Source: Octopus vulgaris
Lineage: Eukaryota
Direction: 5' to 3'
Length of the DNA: 64,000 bases
NCBI GenBank assembly: GCA_951406725.2
Contig: OX597817.1
Location: 49,600,001-49,664,000 of the forward strand
The translations under genes and the position numbers were made by a program. The stretch's first letter is position 1. Each line of letters begins with the position of its first letter. Below the pieces are notes generated by a model. It did no database searches. It had not been told where the DNA came from and worked only from the letters and a program-made list of their open reading frames with translations. This document shows, piece by piece, positions 1-13,241 of this stretch.

Positions 1-176
1 TGGCACCTTGAGTAGGTATCTTCAACTATAGCTTCAGGCCGACCAAAACCTTGTAAGTGTATTTGGTAGACGGAAACTGAAAGAAGCCCATCGTATATAT
101 ATATATAGTCCTGAGGTCTCTGAATAAATATCTAATACTCCTTACTCACACACACACACACGCATTCACACATATA

Positions 177-565
177 GCGGAGGCACAATGGCCCAGTGGT
201 TAGGGCATCGGCCTCCCGGTCATAAGATCGTGGTATCAATTCCCAGACTGGGCGTTGTGAGTGTTTATTGAGCGTAAACACCAGTAGCTGCACGAGGCTT
301 CAGCAGGGGCTGGTGGTGAACCCTGCTGTATTCTTTCACCACAACTTTCTCTCACTCTTTCTTCCTGTTTCTGTTGTACCTGCATTTCACAGGGCCCAGC
401 CTTGTCACACACTGTGTCATGCTGAATCTCCCCGAGAACTACATTACGGGGTACGCATGTCTGTGGCGTGCTCAGCCACTTGCACGTTAATTTCACAAAC
501 TGGATGTTCCGTTGATCGGACCAACTGGGACCCTTGTCATTGTAACCGACGGAATCAGGACGCCA
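177..565 (+). mobile_element. tRNA-derived SINE (family E, tRNA-Arg-like head)
   Basis: A-box TGGCCCAGTGG, decayed B-box (ggtatcaattccc), body shared with 3081-3389(+) and 38555-38850(-). Confidence 0.7.
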
Positions 566-569
566 TGAT

Positions 570-755
570 AGATCGTTAGCTCCTACACGCATTTTTTTCT
601 CTCCTTGTTTTTTTTTTTCTGTGTATCTTTCTGTCGAAGAGCGTAGGCTCGAAACGTAAAAGACTTTTTCTATTCCTGAGCGCTATACTAATACATTTGT
701 TTGTTTGTACTCCACCTGCCTTCGTCTTTTGTTTATTGTCGTAAACTTTCCCTTT
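570..755 (+). mobile_element. Short non-autonomous element carrying a minimal hammerhead motif (626-663), probably Penelope-like (PLE) derived
   Basis: tcttt-CTGTCGA-a-gagc(gtag)gctc-GAAAC-GTA-aaaga; homologous copies at 18943-19125(-) and 29120-29320(+). Confidence 0.65.
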
Positions 756-1356
756 ATATATATATAGGCGCAGGCATGGTTGTGTGGTATCTCAACCACA
801 TGGTTTTAGGTTGAGTCCCGTTGTGAGGCACCTTGGGCAAGTGTCTTTATTATAGCCTTGGACTGACCATAGCCTTTCGAGTGGATTTGGTAGACAGAAA
901 CTGAAAGAAGCCTGTTGTGTATATGTATGTATGTACGTATGTATGTATTTATGTAGGTGTGTGTGCATGTGTCCGTACATGTGTACCCATGTGTGCATGT
1001 GTATGTGTGTGTATGTATCTATGTGTGTGTGTCTTTGTGTCTATGTTTGTCCTCACTACAGCTTGAAAACGGGCAGTGTGATCCATTAGCAGTTTGATCC
1101 ATAGTAACACCATTTAATGGAATAGCTCTCTCGCTGTTCCAGTGAACGAGCTTTATATGGTCCAGATCTAAAATTAACATATTTTAAAGTTCCTGTTTCT
1201 TATTTATTTTGCATTATTATTTGTTACACTCTATTTTATGAGATAACCTATCACTAATATTTTGTTATGTCATGGTTGCACTTTAATCTTTTGATATATT
1301 TTACCTTGTTACAGTCATTTGTTTTCCTTGTAAGGTGCATACCTGTGCGTGAGTAT

Positions 1357-1462
1357 ATGTGTCCTCAAGAAAAATCTCAGCAAAAGAACCAAAGTGTAAA
1401 AATAAGCAAGACAAATGAAAATATACGAAATAAAAAAACCTGTGTGTGTGTGTGTGAGTATA

Positions 1463-1537
<75 letters not shown>

Positions 1538-1634
1538 CTCTCACACACGCGTTTTTTTTATTTCGTATATTTTCATTTGTCTTGCTTATTTTTACACTTT
1601 GGTTCTTTTGCTGAGATTTTTCTTGAGGACACAT
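1357..1634. repeat. Long inverted repeat (~82-bp near-perfect arms) around (TG)n/(TA)n
   Basis: atgtgtcctcaagaaaaatctcag...gaaataaaaaaac is the reverse complement of ~1551-1634. Confidence 0.95.
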
Positions 1635-2103
1635 TCTTCGTGGTAATGGCGATTTGACGTCTATGTTTAGCATATAGGCTGTCCACTTTTAGTGGTCAGT
1701 CCTCTAAATTTTGTATGGAAAATAATTTTTAATCTTCAGATTTTTTAGAATATGCTAAGCCACTGGTTTTAATTGATTAATATCAATTTCTACCCTTATC
1801 TAATTTTTACATATATATATATATGTACATGCATACATATATATAATATATATACACACATATATATATATATATGTGTGTATGTATGTGTGTGTGTATG
1901 TATGTACACACACGCATACATATGTAGGATACTGTCCTTTTGTTGATAGGATAAGCAAAACAGTATTCACTTGAGAGACTATGAAATATTTAATAAATAC
2001 ATGATTTATATGTCAGCTTCAAGATTTATGCTTGAAAATACAATATTCAGATGCACATATATTGGGCATACTGTGTATGATCTAGCAATCATTCAATCAT
2101 TCC

Positions 2104-2175
2104 CACCTACCTACCTACCTACCTACCTACCTACCTACCTACCTACCTACCTACCTACCTACCTACCTACCTACC
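2104..2175 (+). repeat. (CCTA)n microsatellite
   Basis: Direct reading. Confidence 0.95.
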
Positions 2176-2212
2176 TTCATACGTATCTACTTGTATTAAT
2201 TGATAAAGCCCA

Positions 2213-2240
2213 AATGTTTCGAACGTTAGCTCTTCATCAG
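2213..2240 (-). ncRNA. Decayed minimal hammerhead motif
   Basis: Minus strand reads CTGATGA-a-gagc(taac)gttc-GAAAC-att; stem I not supported. Confidence 0.5.
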
Positions 2241-2476
2241 AAAATAAGAAGTATAAGGAGAGTGAAAGAGACAGAAATAGTAACTATGTCACAGGAGAAT
2301 AATTTAAAATAATTACAAAATTACGAAATGATGATATAAAAATAACAGCAGCAACAACATTAATAATAATTTATGGTTGAATGCAGGAAAAAGTAAATGA
2401 GTGGAAAGTGATTAGAAACCAAGGGTAATGCTGTTGTATTAAGGTCAGTTATTTATTTATTTATTTATGTGTGGCA

Positions 2477-2645
2477 GGTGCAGGAGTGGTTGTGTAGTAA
2501 GAAGCGTACTTCCCAACCACATGGTTCCAGGTTCAGTTCCACTGTGTGACACCTTGGGCAAGTGTCTTCTACTATAGCCTTGGGCCAATCAAAACCTTGT
2601 GAGTGGATTTGGTAGACAGAAACTAAAAGTAGCCTGTCGTATATA

Positions 2646-2676
<31 letters not shown>

Positions 2677-2893
2677 TTGTGTGTCTGTGCTTGTCCCCAA
2701 CCTTCGTTTGACAACCGATGTTGGTGTATTTACGTCCCTGTAACTTAGCGACTTGGCAAAAGAGACCGATAGGATAAGTACTAGGCTTACAAAGAATAAG
2801 TCTTGGAGTCGATTTGTTCGAACTAAAGGTGGTGCCCCAGCATGGCCACAGTCAAATGACTGAAATAAATAAAATAACAAAAGAATAAAAGAA
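2477..2893 (+). mobile_element. Full-length tRNA-derived SINE, family A (tRNA-like head, CORE-like segment, central (TA/TG)n, LINE-type 3' tail); >25 full or partial copies in window
   Basis: Head ggtgcaggagtggttgtg...ggttcagttcc; accttgggcaagtgtctt resembles the CORE domain; tail ggtgccccagcatggccacagtcaaatgactgaaa. Other copies include 1-105, 767-1070, 6160-6976, 18372-18864, 22367-22716, 28648-28958, 31352-31748, 33728-34165, 45158-45560, 47270-47580. Confidence 0.9.
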
Positions 2894-3080
2894 TATGGCA
2901 GATGCTGGACAACGTGAACTAATGTATTTGATCGCACATAAGACTTATGGACACATTAGATGAACCCCAATTTTAGCAGCACATATTCAAGCCAAAATGT
3001 TTCTTGTTCCTCAAAGTACACAATATAAGTTCAAAACCCGAAATGGTTTTATTCTTTTGAGAAATCTCCTTGGAAAACAA

Positions 3081-3389
3081 GTGGAGTCACATGACCGAGT
3101 GGTTAGAGCAGCGGACTCGCGGTCGAGGGATCTCGGGTTCGAATCTCAGACCGAGCTATGTGTGTATTTATGAGCGAAACACCTAAGCTCCATGCGGCTA
3201 CGGCAGAAGGTAATGGCGAACCTCTGCTGACTCTTTCGCCACAACTTTCTCTCACTCTTTCCTCCTGCATCTTGCAGCTCACCTGCGACGGGCCGGTGCC
3301 CCGTCCAGGTGGGGAACCTATACGCCAAGAAAACCAGGAAACCGGCCCCTATGAGCCAAGCATGGCTTGAGAAGGAACAAACAAACAAC
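3081..3389 (+). mobile_element. tRNA-Arg-like SINE (family E) with TSD
   Basis: A-box TGACCGAGTGG, anticodon arm gacTCGcggtc, B-box GGTTCGAATCT; TSD ccttg(g/a)aaaacaa at 3068-3080 and 3389-3401. Confidence 0.8.
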
Positions 3390-3884
3390 CTTGAAAAACA
3401 AAGCACATCTTATATACCAGCATATACAGAAGCCATTGTAATTTTTTAATGATTTTACTTACATTGTAAGATTGCGTTAATCATGTTGTACAAGGCTGTC
3501 ACTATTGATTTTGTCAGGGAAAGACAAACCTAATAAGCTCAAAATATATAAATAAAATTCAACGATTTGCTTGTTTACTCATTGTTGTATTGATTTATGT
3601 TTCAAAGAAAATAAGTTTCTGTCAGCAATATAAAAGTATTAAATGGTTTCATGTATCGTTTTTTATCATTCTCGTTTTCTCTTCTTTGCTTGTTTCAGTC
3701 ATTAGACTGTGGCCATGCTGGGGCACTGCCTTGAAGAATTATAGTCAAGCAAATTGACCTCAGTGTTTATTTTTCTTTAAGTCAGATATTTATTTTATTG
3801 GTCTCTTTTATCAAACCACTAAGTTAGAGGGATATAAGCACACCAGCCCTTGTTGTCAAACGGTGACGGTGAACACACACAAAG

Positions 3885-3930
<46 letters not shown>

Positions 3931-3936
3931 TTATAA

Positions 3937-4230
3937 AACAACAAATAGATAATGTGTCAATCCATAACAGCTGTTTCCAACAAATTTTTAATTGATTAAT
4001 TGAGACATTACATCATTAGAAAATGGTTTCCATCCGGTAAATACATGAATCACAACATTCAATAACATTCAGAGACCAATGGCATGTACACCTTCATGAT
4101 TTTATGAGTCTTTCTGGTATTCACCTGATGAAAACGTTTATTTCTAATGATGTAATGTTTCCATTAATCAATTAAAAATTCGTTGGAAACGGGTGTAGTG
4201 GTTTGACGCATTATCCATCTCTTGTTATTT
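3937..4230. mobile_element. Diverged fold-back element with a hammerhead motif in each arm (plus-strand HHR 4121-4201)
   Basis: tcac-CTGATGA-aaacg...cgttg-GAAAC-gggt-GTA-gtgg; mirror arm (minus strand, ~3960-4040) has GAAAC-agct-GTT. Confidence 0.55.
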
Positions 4231-4639
4231 ATTTCTTTATTGCCTACAAGGGGATAAACATAGAGTAGACAAACAAGGACAGGCAAAGGGATTAAGTCGA
4301 TTAAATCAACCCCAGTGCATAACTGGTACTTATTTAATCGACCCCGAAAGGATGAAAGGCAAAGTCGACCTCGGCGGAATTTGAACTCCGAACGTCCTGA
4401 TTCGAAGTATATTATGGACCATACATTTAGTGCAATGTGTGTTTCTTGATTAGCCTCAGGGTTATTGATATACTCATTTGGGTACAGTTAATTAAATACA
4501 TAACCTGAATATCTTTCTGCCTGTACTTCGGTACCTGCGCATGTATTCCTCTGTTCTTGTGTACACATTTTACTTTCCAACCCAACTTGGTGCCTTACCA
4601 TTTCAGTGCCTGATTTACTTGAATTTTGATCTATCATAT

Positions 4640-5592
4640 ATGTGCAGTTTGGGTTCGTGCCAGGGAAAAGCACCACTGATGTTATGTTTCTGGTAAGACG
4701 GCTGCAAGAGAAATACCTAGCCAAAGATAAACCTCTGTACCTGGCTTTCGTTAACAATGAGAAAGCCTTTGACAGGGACCCCTAATCCCTTATCTGGCAG
4801 TCAATGAGGAAACTAGGGATAGATGAATGGTTAGTGAGAGCTGTACAAGCCATGTACAAAGATGCTGTAAGGTGAGGGTTGGCAATGAGTAGAGTGAAGA
4901 ATTCCAAGTAGGGGTAGGGGTCCACCAAGGATCAGTCCTCAGCCCCCTCTTATTCATCATAGTCCTCCAGGTAATAACAGAGGAATTCAAGATAGGATGC
5001 CCCTGGGAGCTCCTCTATGCTGATGACCTTGCTCTAATTACTGAGTCACTATCAGAACTAGAGGAAAAGCTTCAGGCGTGGAAGCAAGGATTAGAATCGA
5101 AGGGCCTTAGAGTCAACCTAGCTAAAACCAAAGTCCTAATGAGTAGGAAGGCAGGCAAACCACAAATCCCTTCAGGTAGATGGCCTTGCTCGATCTGTAG
5201 AAAAGGTATAGGTTGAAACTCCATAAGATGTACCCAGTGAAAGCTATGGACATGTAAGAGGTGCAGCAATATCAAAGGGAGGCTAACTGGGAAGATAATT
5301 TTTGCATGTGACAAATGCTCAGGTGCTATAAACACTGAAAATGTGCAGAGAACAGCTTCTGACACATTCCAGGGAGAAAAACTAGAAGTAGTTGATAGCT
5401 TCCATTACCTAGGGGACCAAGTCAGTAGCAGGGGTGTGTGCTCTGAAAGTGTAGCTGCTAGAATAAGAATAGCCTGGGCAAAGTTCAGAGAGCTTCTACC
5501 TCTGCTGGTGACAAAGAGCCTCTCACTCAGAGTAAAAGGTAGACAGTATAATGCATGTGTACGAACAGCCATGCTACAAGGCAGTGAAACCT
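4640..5592 (+). pseudogene. RTE-clade LINE reverse transcriptase fragment with stops and frameshifts
   Basis: QFGFVPGKSTTD, LYLAFV..EKAFDR, GVHQGSVLSPLLF, LLYADDL, EVVDSFHYLGD, ARIRIAWAKF. Confidence 0.9.
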
Positions 5593-6159
5593 TTAATGTT
5601 GATGTTGATATACACATATAAAGCAAGCTTCTTACCACACAGCCAAGGCTGCACCTGAATCAATGTTAAATTCAATCCTGTTGCCAGTCTTTATATAGTT
5701 TTCTTTATTATTGCAGACCATAGAAACTAAATAACAGAAAATTTTCTGTTATTACTGATTCTCCCCAAAAAGGGCTGCAAAGTAGGGCTGAACTCAAAAC
5801 CACAGCCTTACAAAGCAGGCTTCATAATAACACAGCCACGTCAACACCATGCTTGTGTCTCCTTCACACTTTTTCCAACACGGAAATATTTCCTAATAGT
5901 AATTCATGTAAACACACTCAAACTCTTTTTGGAAAAACCCAGTAAGTGCTGTCTGTAATGCAAACCTCTTCTAAACACTCACAGTATTTTTATTCTCTCC
6001 CAGGACCCAATTTATGTCAGTTTGTTTGACAGTTTGGGTGATTGATCCCTTATTGATGTCATGTACTTTATAACTCCCAATCATCTTTGCTTTTTACTGC
6101 AGATCAATTCTGTTTCTCTGTAGTGTGTATAATTTCTCTTTCTTTTTCCCTTTCTTTGT

Positions 6160-6976
<817 letters not shown>

Positions 6977-7373
6977 TAAAATTCCCAATCATCTTTTCCC
7001 CTTTCTTTGTTATGCAAGTACTTTCCAAATATGTACTTGAACCAACAGGACTACTTCGTTTCACCACTTCAGAATATTTCTGAGTGTCCTTTTAAATTGA
7101 TATAGACCAAAATAGTGAATGCTCTCCTCGATGATGTCATTGTCTTGCTACTTCTGAGCATTTAGCAGAAGCTGAGAGTCTTCTCAATTGGTGTATAGGA
7201 GAGCAGTGAGTGTTTGCACAGATGATGTCTTTGTCTCAATGGCTTCTGAGCATTTAGCAGAAGCTGAGAGTCCTCTAAACTGATTGAGAGGAGAGAAGTG
7301 ATTGTTTTTGTAGATGAAGTCTTAGCCATTATGTTAACCATCACTAAGGTGACAAGCAGACAGTATCATTACT

Positions 7374-7607
7374 TATTTCTTCATTTCTCACAGGGGGCTA
7401 CACACAGAGGGGACAAACGAGGACAGACAAACGGATTAAGTCGATTATATCGACCCCAGTGCGTAACTGGTACTTATTTAATCGACACGGAAAGGATGAA
7501 AGAAAAAGTCGACCTCGGCGGAATTTGAACTCAGAATGTAACGGCAGACAAAATACCGCTAAGCATTTCACCCGGTGTGCTAACGATTCTGCCAGCTCAC
7601 CGCCTTT
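7374..7607 (-). mobile_element. SINE family B with Meta/MESC-like core; ~15 copies in window with two alternative 3' tails
   Basis: Core gaggtcgactttgcctttcatcctttcggggtcgataaattaagtacc resembles the MetaSINE domain; TSD cagtatcattact at 7361 and 7608; other copies 4229-4395, 9337-9481, 24711-24925, 32265-32458, 39853-40302, 44304-44540, 55093-55328. Confidence 0.8.
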
Positions 7608-10369
7608 CAGTATCATTACTGTACCAGGAAAAATGCTTAATGACATTTCATTCATCTTTACATGCATCATCATCATCATCATCGTCGTCGTCGTCGTCAT
7701 CATTTAATGTCCATTGTCCATGCTGGCATGGACTGGACAGTTTGATCAGAGCTGGCAAGCTAAGGGACTGCACTAGACTCCAGTCTGACTTGGCATCTTG
7801 GCATGATTCCTGTGATTGGATGCCCTTCCTAATGCCAACCACTCCAAAAGTGTAATTGATGCCTTAACGTGCTAGAGGCATGGGTCCCAGTTGTGTGACA
7901 CCTGTGTCTGCATTGACTACGATTCCTCTTGGCTTAATGGGTCTTCTACTCAAGCACAGCTTATTGCCAAAGGTCTTGCTCATTTGTCATCGCGTCTGTG
8001 AGGCCCAACATTTGAACGGTTCTTTTTTACGTGCCACCAGCACAGGTACTAGTTATGAAACACTGGCACAGGTGCTAGTTATACAACATCAGCATCGACC
8101 ACATTGCCTTCGTGGGGCCCAATGCTCAAAAGGTGTCTTTTATGTGTCACCGACACAGGTGCTAATTATGGGACACCAGCATCAGCCATAACTATGATTT
8201 CACTTGGCTTGACAGGTCTTCTCAAGCACAGCATGTAGCCAAAGGTCTTGGTTCCAGTGAGGTCTACTCTCCTTTTCGTCCTTTTGGAGTCAACATAATA
8301 AGCACCAGTCGATCACCAGAATTGATGTAATCAACTTACCCCACCACGAAATTAAGGGCCTTGTGCCAAAATTTGAAACCATTATGTCAGCTATCATTAA
8401 ATATGAAATGTGAGATGCTGAACTGGGTGAATATGAAATGTTACCATGGGAAATTTGGAACGTTTTGTTTATGACTGCAAGGTATTTTTTGCCAGTCCAC
8501 CGCCATTTTCAGATTGTGTTTTTTGCATTTTATACAATCACTGTGTTTACTTTTTAGTGGTTGATAAAATGAATTTATCAAAAACCATATGGCCATATAT
8601 GTTTACAAAAGACAGTGACATATGATAGGGCCAAGAAATGTCAATATTGCATGAGGTCAGTTTTCCAGGAATGTCAACATCATAACAATATCTGCGTTTG
8701 AAAATAACGAAGTAACAGCTAAGTTGCTATTCTGGTTGAAGAATTAAGGAATAGAATGTTTAGAGCAAAAATATACTGAAAGTTTATGTGATTAATGCTT
8801 GTTACTCCTAGAGAGGACATTTAATCAGTCAAACATTTTAAAATGAATGAACAGAATTATCAAGGTTAGTGGGAGTTATATTTAGATTTAGCTTCTAGCT
8901 GGAAGAACCAAAATAGAACACTAAAAGGATGGGCAGGTATACTAAAACACTTTCTGAAGATGACCAGATTAGTAGCTTTACTCTTTTTCAGTCCTGGGGT
9001 AGTTTATTAGGTCAATGTTGGCATAAAATCCACAGTTATAGTGAAGGGGTCATAATAACAGAATTGGGACCCAGTGGGACTGTTGTTTTCTATGTAGCTC
9101 TCCTCTCTTTAGTTTCTCTAATTCCTCTGAAATTATGATCTTGCCTGATGGCAGTGGTATAAAATTGAGGAAATAGCTGTTATTCTTCTATTTTTTGTTT
9201 TTACTTGTTTCAGTCATTTGACTGTGTCCAAGCTGGAGCACTGCCTTTAGTTGACCAGATCAACTCCAGGTCTTATTCTTTGTAAACCTAGTATTTTTTC
9301 TATTAGTCTCTTTTACTGAACCACTTCATTACAGGACTGAGTTCAAATTCCACTGAGGTTGACTTTGCTTTTCATCCTTTCGGGATCGATAAATTAAGTA
9401 CCAGTTGCATACTGGCGTCGATCTAATCAACTGGCACCCTCACCAAAAATTTCAGGCCTTGTGCCTAGAGTAGAAAAGAATATTTTATCAAATGAAAATA
9501 TATATGTTTGTTAACAAAGATTTCTGACAGGCAAACATTCTTTAATTAGCTTCTGAACACTTTAATTAGCTTCTGAATTTTACTAATCAAATCATATATA
9601 TAAATTAGTTATATAATGATCAGATCATAGGGATCAGGTGTAATTATCTTTGACTGATGGGAAATTCTGGGGTTTTGTTTTGTAACAAAAGCAACCCTAA
9701 AGATATGTTTATTTTTACCATTTGTCTTTCACTTGTTTCAGTCATTGGACTGCAGCCATAACTAGGAGACCCACCTTCAAGGGATTAGTCAAACAAATGA
9801 ATCACAGTATACTCTTTCTCTTTACTCTTTTACTTGTTTCAGTCATCTGACTGTGGCCATGCTGGAGCACTGCCTATAGTCGAGCAAATCGACCCCAGGA
9901 CTTATTCTTTGCAAGCCTAGTACTTATTCTATTGGTCTCTTTTGCCGAACCTTAGGGTTAGTAGTACATGCTCTTAACTACTATGCTATAATCTAGTAGT
10001 AAATATCACTTATTTTTACTACAAGGATTCTAGTAGTAAATATAAGTGATATGTAATCGTTCAGTGACAATATCTTTGTCTATTGATTTTTTTTTCTTTA
10101 CCATATTTTTGTGTATAGAATGAGCCATCAAGTTTATTGACTAAATATGGTTTGTGAAATAAAATTGATCGTGTTTTTTTTTTTGTTTGTTTTAAAACAA
10201 GAAACCTTGAGAATGATTTCTTATTTACAAAGAATTATGAGAGAAAATTGTGTCATGTTATTTGTAAATAGTTTTTAATTTCATTTTGTTTATCATTGTG
10301 AAATCCTTTTTGCTCAGATAAACATTAGTGAGGACAACTACGTGAAACAACGCCCCCATGCAGAGAAGT

Positions 10370-10810
10370 CACATTCCACCCCACCACCACCACCCATGCC
10401 ACCATCAACCACCCTGCCATCGCCCACACCACCACCACCACCACAAGCACCACCACCACCACCACAAGCACCACCACCACCACCACAAGCACCACCACCA
10501 CGCACACTACACATACCAAGATCACCCCACCATTACCATGACTACCACCACCACACACAAAAAAAATTCTATCACTACTACTAACCATTATCGTTATTGC
10601 TAATGACACCTTATATTACCACCATCACCACCACTGCTAACATCTTCAACAACGCCATCACCACTATTATCACTCATATCACCATTTTTCACTACTACAA
10701 GCACCATCACCACCACCACCACTACTACTACCAACATGATTATCAACTGCTATGATCTGTACCACCACTACCAACAGCCACAAGCAAAACATCACCACCA
10801 TAATAAACCA
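10370..10810 (+). repeat. (CAC)n-rich low-complexity tract with a 21-nt subrepeat
   Basis: ccacaagcaccaccaccacca x3. Confidence 0.85.
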
Positions 10811-10955
10811 CAAACTCTAAACGCTATCAGCACCATTTATCTAACTTGATCCATATACATATATGCACAGACACGACACACGTAATTAGTCCCCATATAA
10901 TCATTAAAATTTATTTAAATCTGAAATTATTCATTAATTGTTATAATGTAAATAT

Positions 10956-12124
10956 TTAATATTTAATATACATGCCTCTTGTGCTTTTCAATGCAAGGAC
11001 ACTATAAGACATGTTACTGACCAGATGAATATTCTCTTGCGGAATTTCTTTCCAAGTTTCATGCAGTAGTTTCAAAAGATCTGGCTTTGGAGATGCTTTC
11101 TTGTTCTTTTTATGAAGTGTCCTGCCCATTATGTACCAGAGTTGTTCAATAGGGTTCATATCTGGTGACTGGCTTGGCCATGGAATCTTTTTAAGGCCAT
11201 TCTCATCCAACAAATTTTGGGTCATTTTAGCTATGTGACAAGGAGCCCTTTTTTTTCCCATAAATAATGAGTCTTCTTTAATCATTTTACCACTGAAGAA
11301 GGTTGGAAGGAGTCCTTTCTGCAATATAGACTCATATCTATCTGAGTTTATGTTTCCCTCACACTCAACCATTATAAGCCATTGCACTTATTATAAGCCA
11401 TTGCTCCAAATTGCTCACCAGGCCATCACAGAATAACCACCCTGTTTCATTCTTGGCTGCAATCTTTTACCATAAAATTCTTGATTATAGAATCTCCAGA
11501 CCAAAACTCGATCACTTTCAGGAAATACAGCAAATCTGGACTCATCAGAGAATATAACAATGCCCCAAAATGCTAGTGGTCTCTCCACCATCTCACTGGC
11601 CCAATCTTTTCTCTGCTTGATGCTGGCTGGTCGAAGAAGTGGCTTCCTTCTTGCTGCTCTGCCATAGTAAGCAAATTTGTGGAGGTACCTGACAACTGTT
11701 CTGGGACTGATATCAACTTGTTCTATGTCAGAGGCCTTGCTACGGGGATTACCCTCCTCACTTCTCTTAACAAAGAGAAGGGTCCTATCAGAGGGCCCTG
11801 ATTGATCTGGGTAAGGTAATGTTTACTCCTTCCACTCTCTGGTGAATTGCACAATCACTTTCTTAACTGTAGAAAGTCGGATCCCAAGGTTTTCTGTGAT
11901 TTTACACTGACTATGTCTACCTTCAGAATGATCCCACAATATGGCCTCTTTGAAATTCAGACAGTTCCAAGGCTTCTTTTGTACATGGTATGATTAAACA
12001 GTCACATATAGAACCTGGAACAAAATAAGGTCAATTAATAAAATCAATTAATTAAAAACATAAACTTTTACAAGTTAGAATAAACCTAAAACGATGGTTT
12101 ATGGGGTGTCTATTTACTTCTGTC

Positions 12125-12130
<6 letters not shown>
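10956..12130 (-). mobile_element. Tc1-family (DD34E-type) transposon remnant; transposase pseudogene ~11986->10956
   Basis: Minus strand: VIFSDESRF, APCH..., WPSQSPDMNPIEQLW; TIR-like end cacaatgacagaagtaaatagacacccc at ~12102-12130. Confidence 0.88.
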
Positions 12131-12190
<60 letters not shown>

Positions 12191-12354
12191 GGCAAGCAGA
12201 GTTAGAGGTTAAAGTGGCCAACTAAGGGGTAAAATATCTGTATTTACTATCAGTATCCGTTACCCATGCCATCCCTGGGCATGGATATGCAGGCACACTA
12301 TGCTTGTAGGCTACAGGTAACAATAGAATAAACAAAAGTTTATCAGGAATCAAA

Positions 12355-12586
12355 TTTAAATAATCAGAAAATGGAAAAAACTTTTGATCAACAAACAAAC
12401 AAATCGGATCACATCAGTAGATTATTTCTTAATACAAAACATGACATAGAAAGAAATGTTTTAATACAAAACATGTCATAGAAATGTAATGTCATGTTTT
12501 GTATTGAAAAATGATCTACAGATGTGGTCCAATTTGTTTGTTTGTTGAACAAATGTTTTCACCATTTTCTGATTACTTAAATTTAT
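12355..12586. repeat. Diverged inverted repeat (~95-bp arms)
   Basis: aatttaaataatcagaaaatgg...aatacaaaacatgacat versus atgtcatgttttgtatt...ccattttctgattacttaaatt. Confidence 0.85.
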
Positions 12587-12687
12587 AGATATATGTATAT
12601 ATATATATGTGTGTATGTATGTATATATTTCATTTTGGGATTTGGTTTGCAAGATTCTTTATGTGAATTCATGTGTTGAAGCATATT

Positions 12688-12970
12688 CTGTTGTGTCTGG
12701 GAAGAGTCATTCTCTTTTAGTGCCTTATAATTTAACACTACTCAGCGGTAAAATTTCCACTTCTTTCCTTCTTTACTTTTCAAAAATTTGCGTTGCATCT
12801 TGCAACCTTTCAATAGTTTTGACTGTCTGGGTGAGGTGATGCTTACTATTGAAAGGTTGGAAGATGCAGTGAAAATTTTCGAAAAATAAAGGAAATAAGT
12901 GGTAATTTTACCAGTGAGTGTGTTAAATTATAAGGCACTAAAAGAGAATAACTCTCCCCAAACACAACAG
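12688..12970. repeat. Diverged inverted repeat (~130-bp arms) flanked by (TA)n
   Basis: ctcttttagtgccttataatttaacac...accttttcaatagt-like left arm versus actattgaaaggt...gtgttaaattataaggcactaaaagag. Confidence 0.85.
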
Positions 12971-13109
12971 TATATATATATATATATATATATATATCAT
13001 CATCATCATCATCAGCATCATTTAACGTTTGTTGTCCATGCTGGCATGGGATGGATGGTTTGACCATTGTCAGGATGCTTTGCATTCTTGTCCCATTTTG
13101 TATTTTTTA

Positions 13110-13156
<47 letters not shown>

Positions 13157-13193
13157 GAAAGAAGGTTTGGAAATGCAATTTTAAAGATGTTTA

Positions 13194-13241
13194 TTCACTT
13201 GACCGGTTTCACTTTATTAGAAAAAGATTGTCAAAAGTAAA
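13194..13241 (-). ncRNA. Minimal hammerhead motif with transition-decayed core
   Basis: Minus strand: ttactt-TTGACAA (CTGACGA with two transitions)-tcttt..aaagt-GAAAC-cg-GTC-aagtga; second, truncated copy at 47632-47666(+). Confidence 0.6.

Noticed and set aside
10342-10603. Pro-rich and His-rich ORFs (also 39449-39800, 21075-21800)
   Set aside because: Trinucleotide low-complexity DNA open in several frames on both strands; no splice or start context.
11535-11552. CTGATGAG on the minus strand as a hammerhead core
   Set aside because: Encodes FSDES of the Tc1 transposase; no GAAA or stems.
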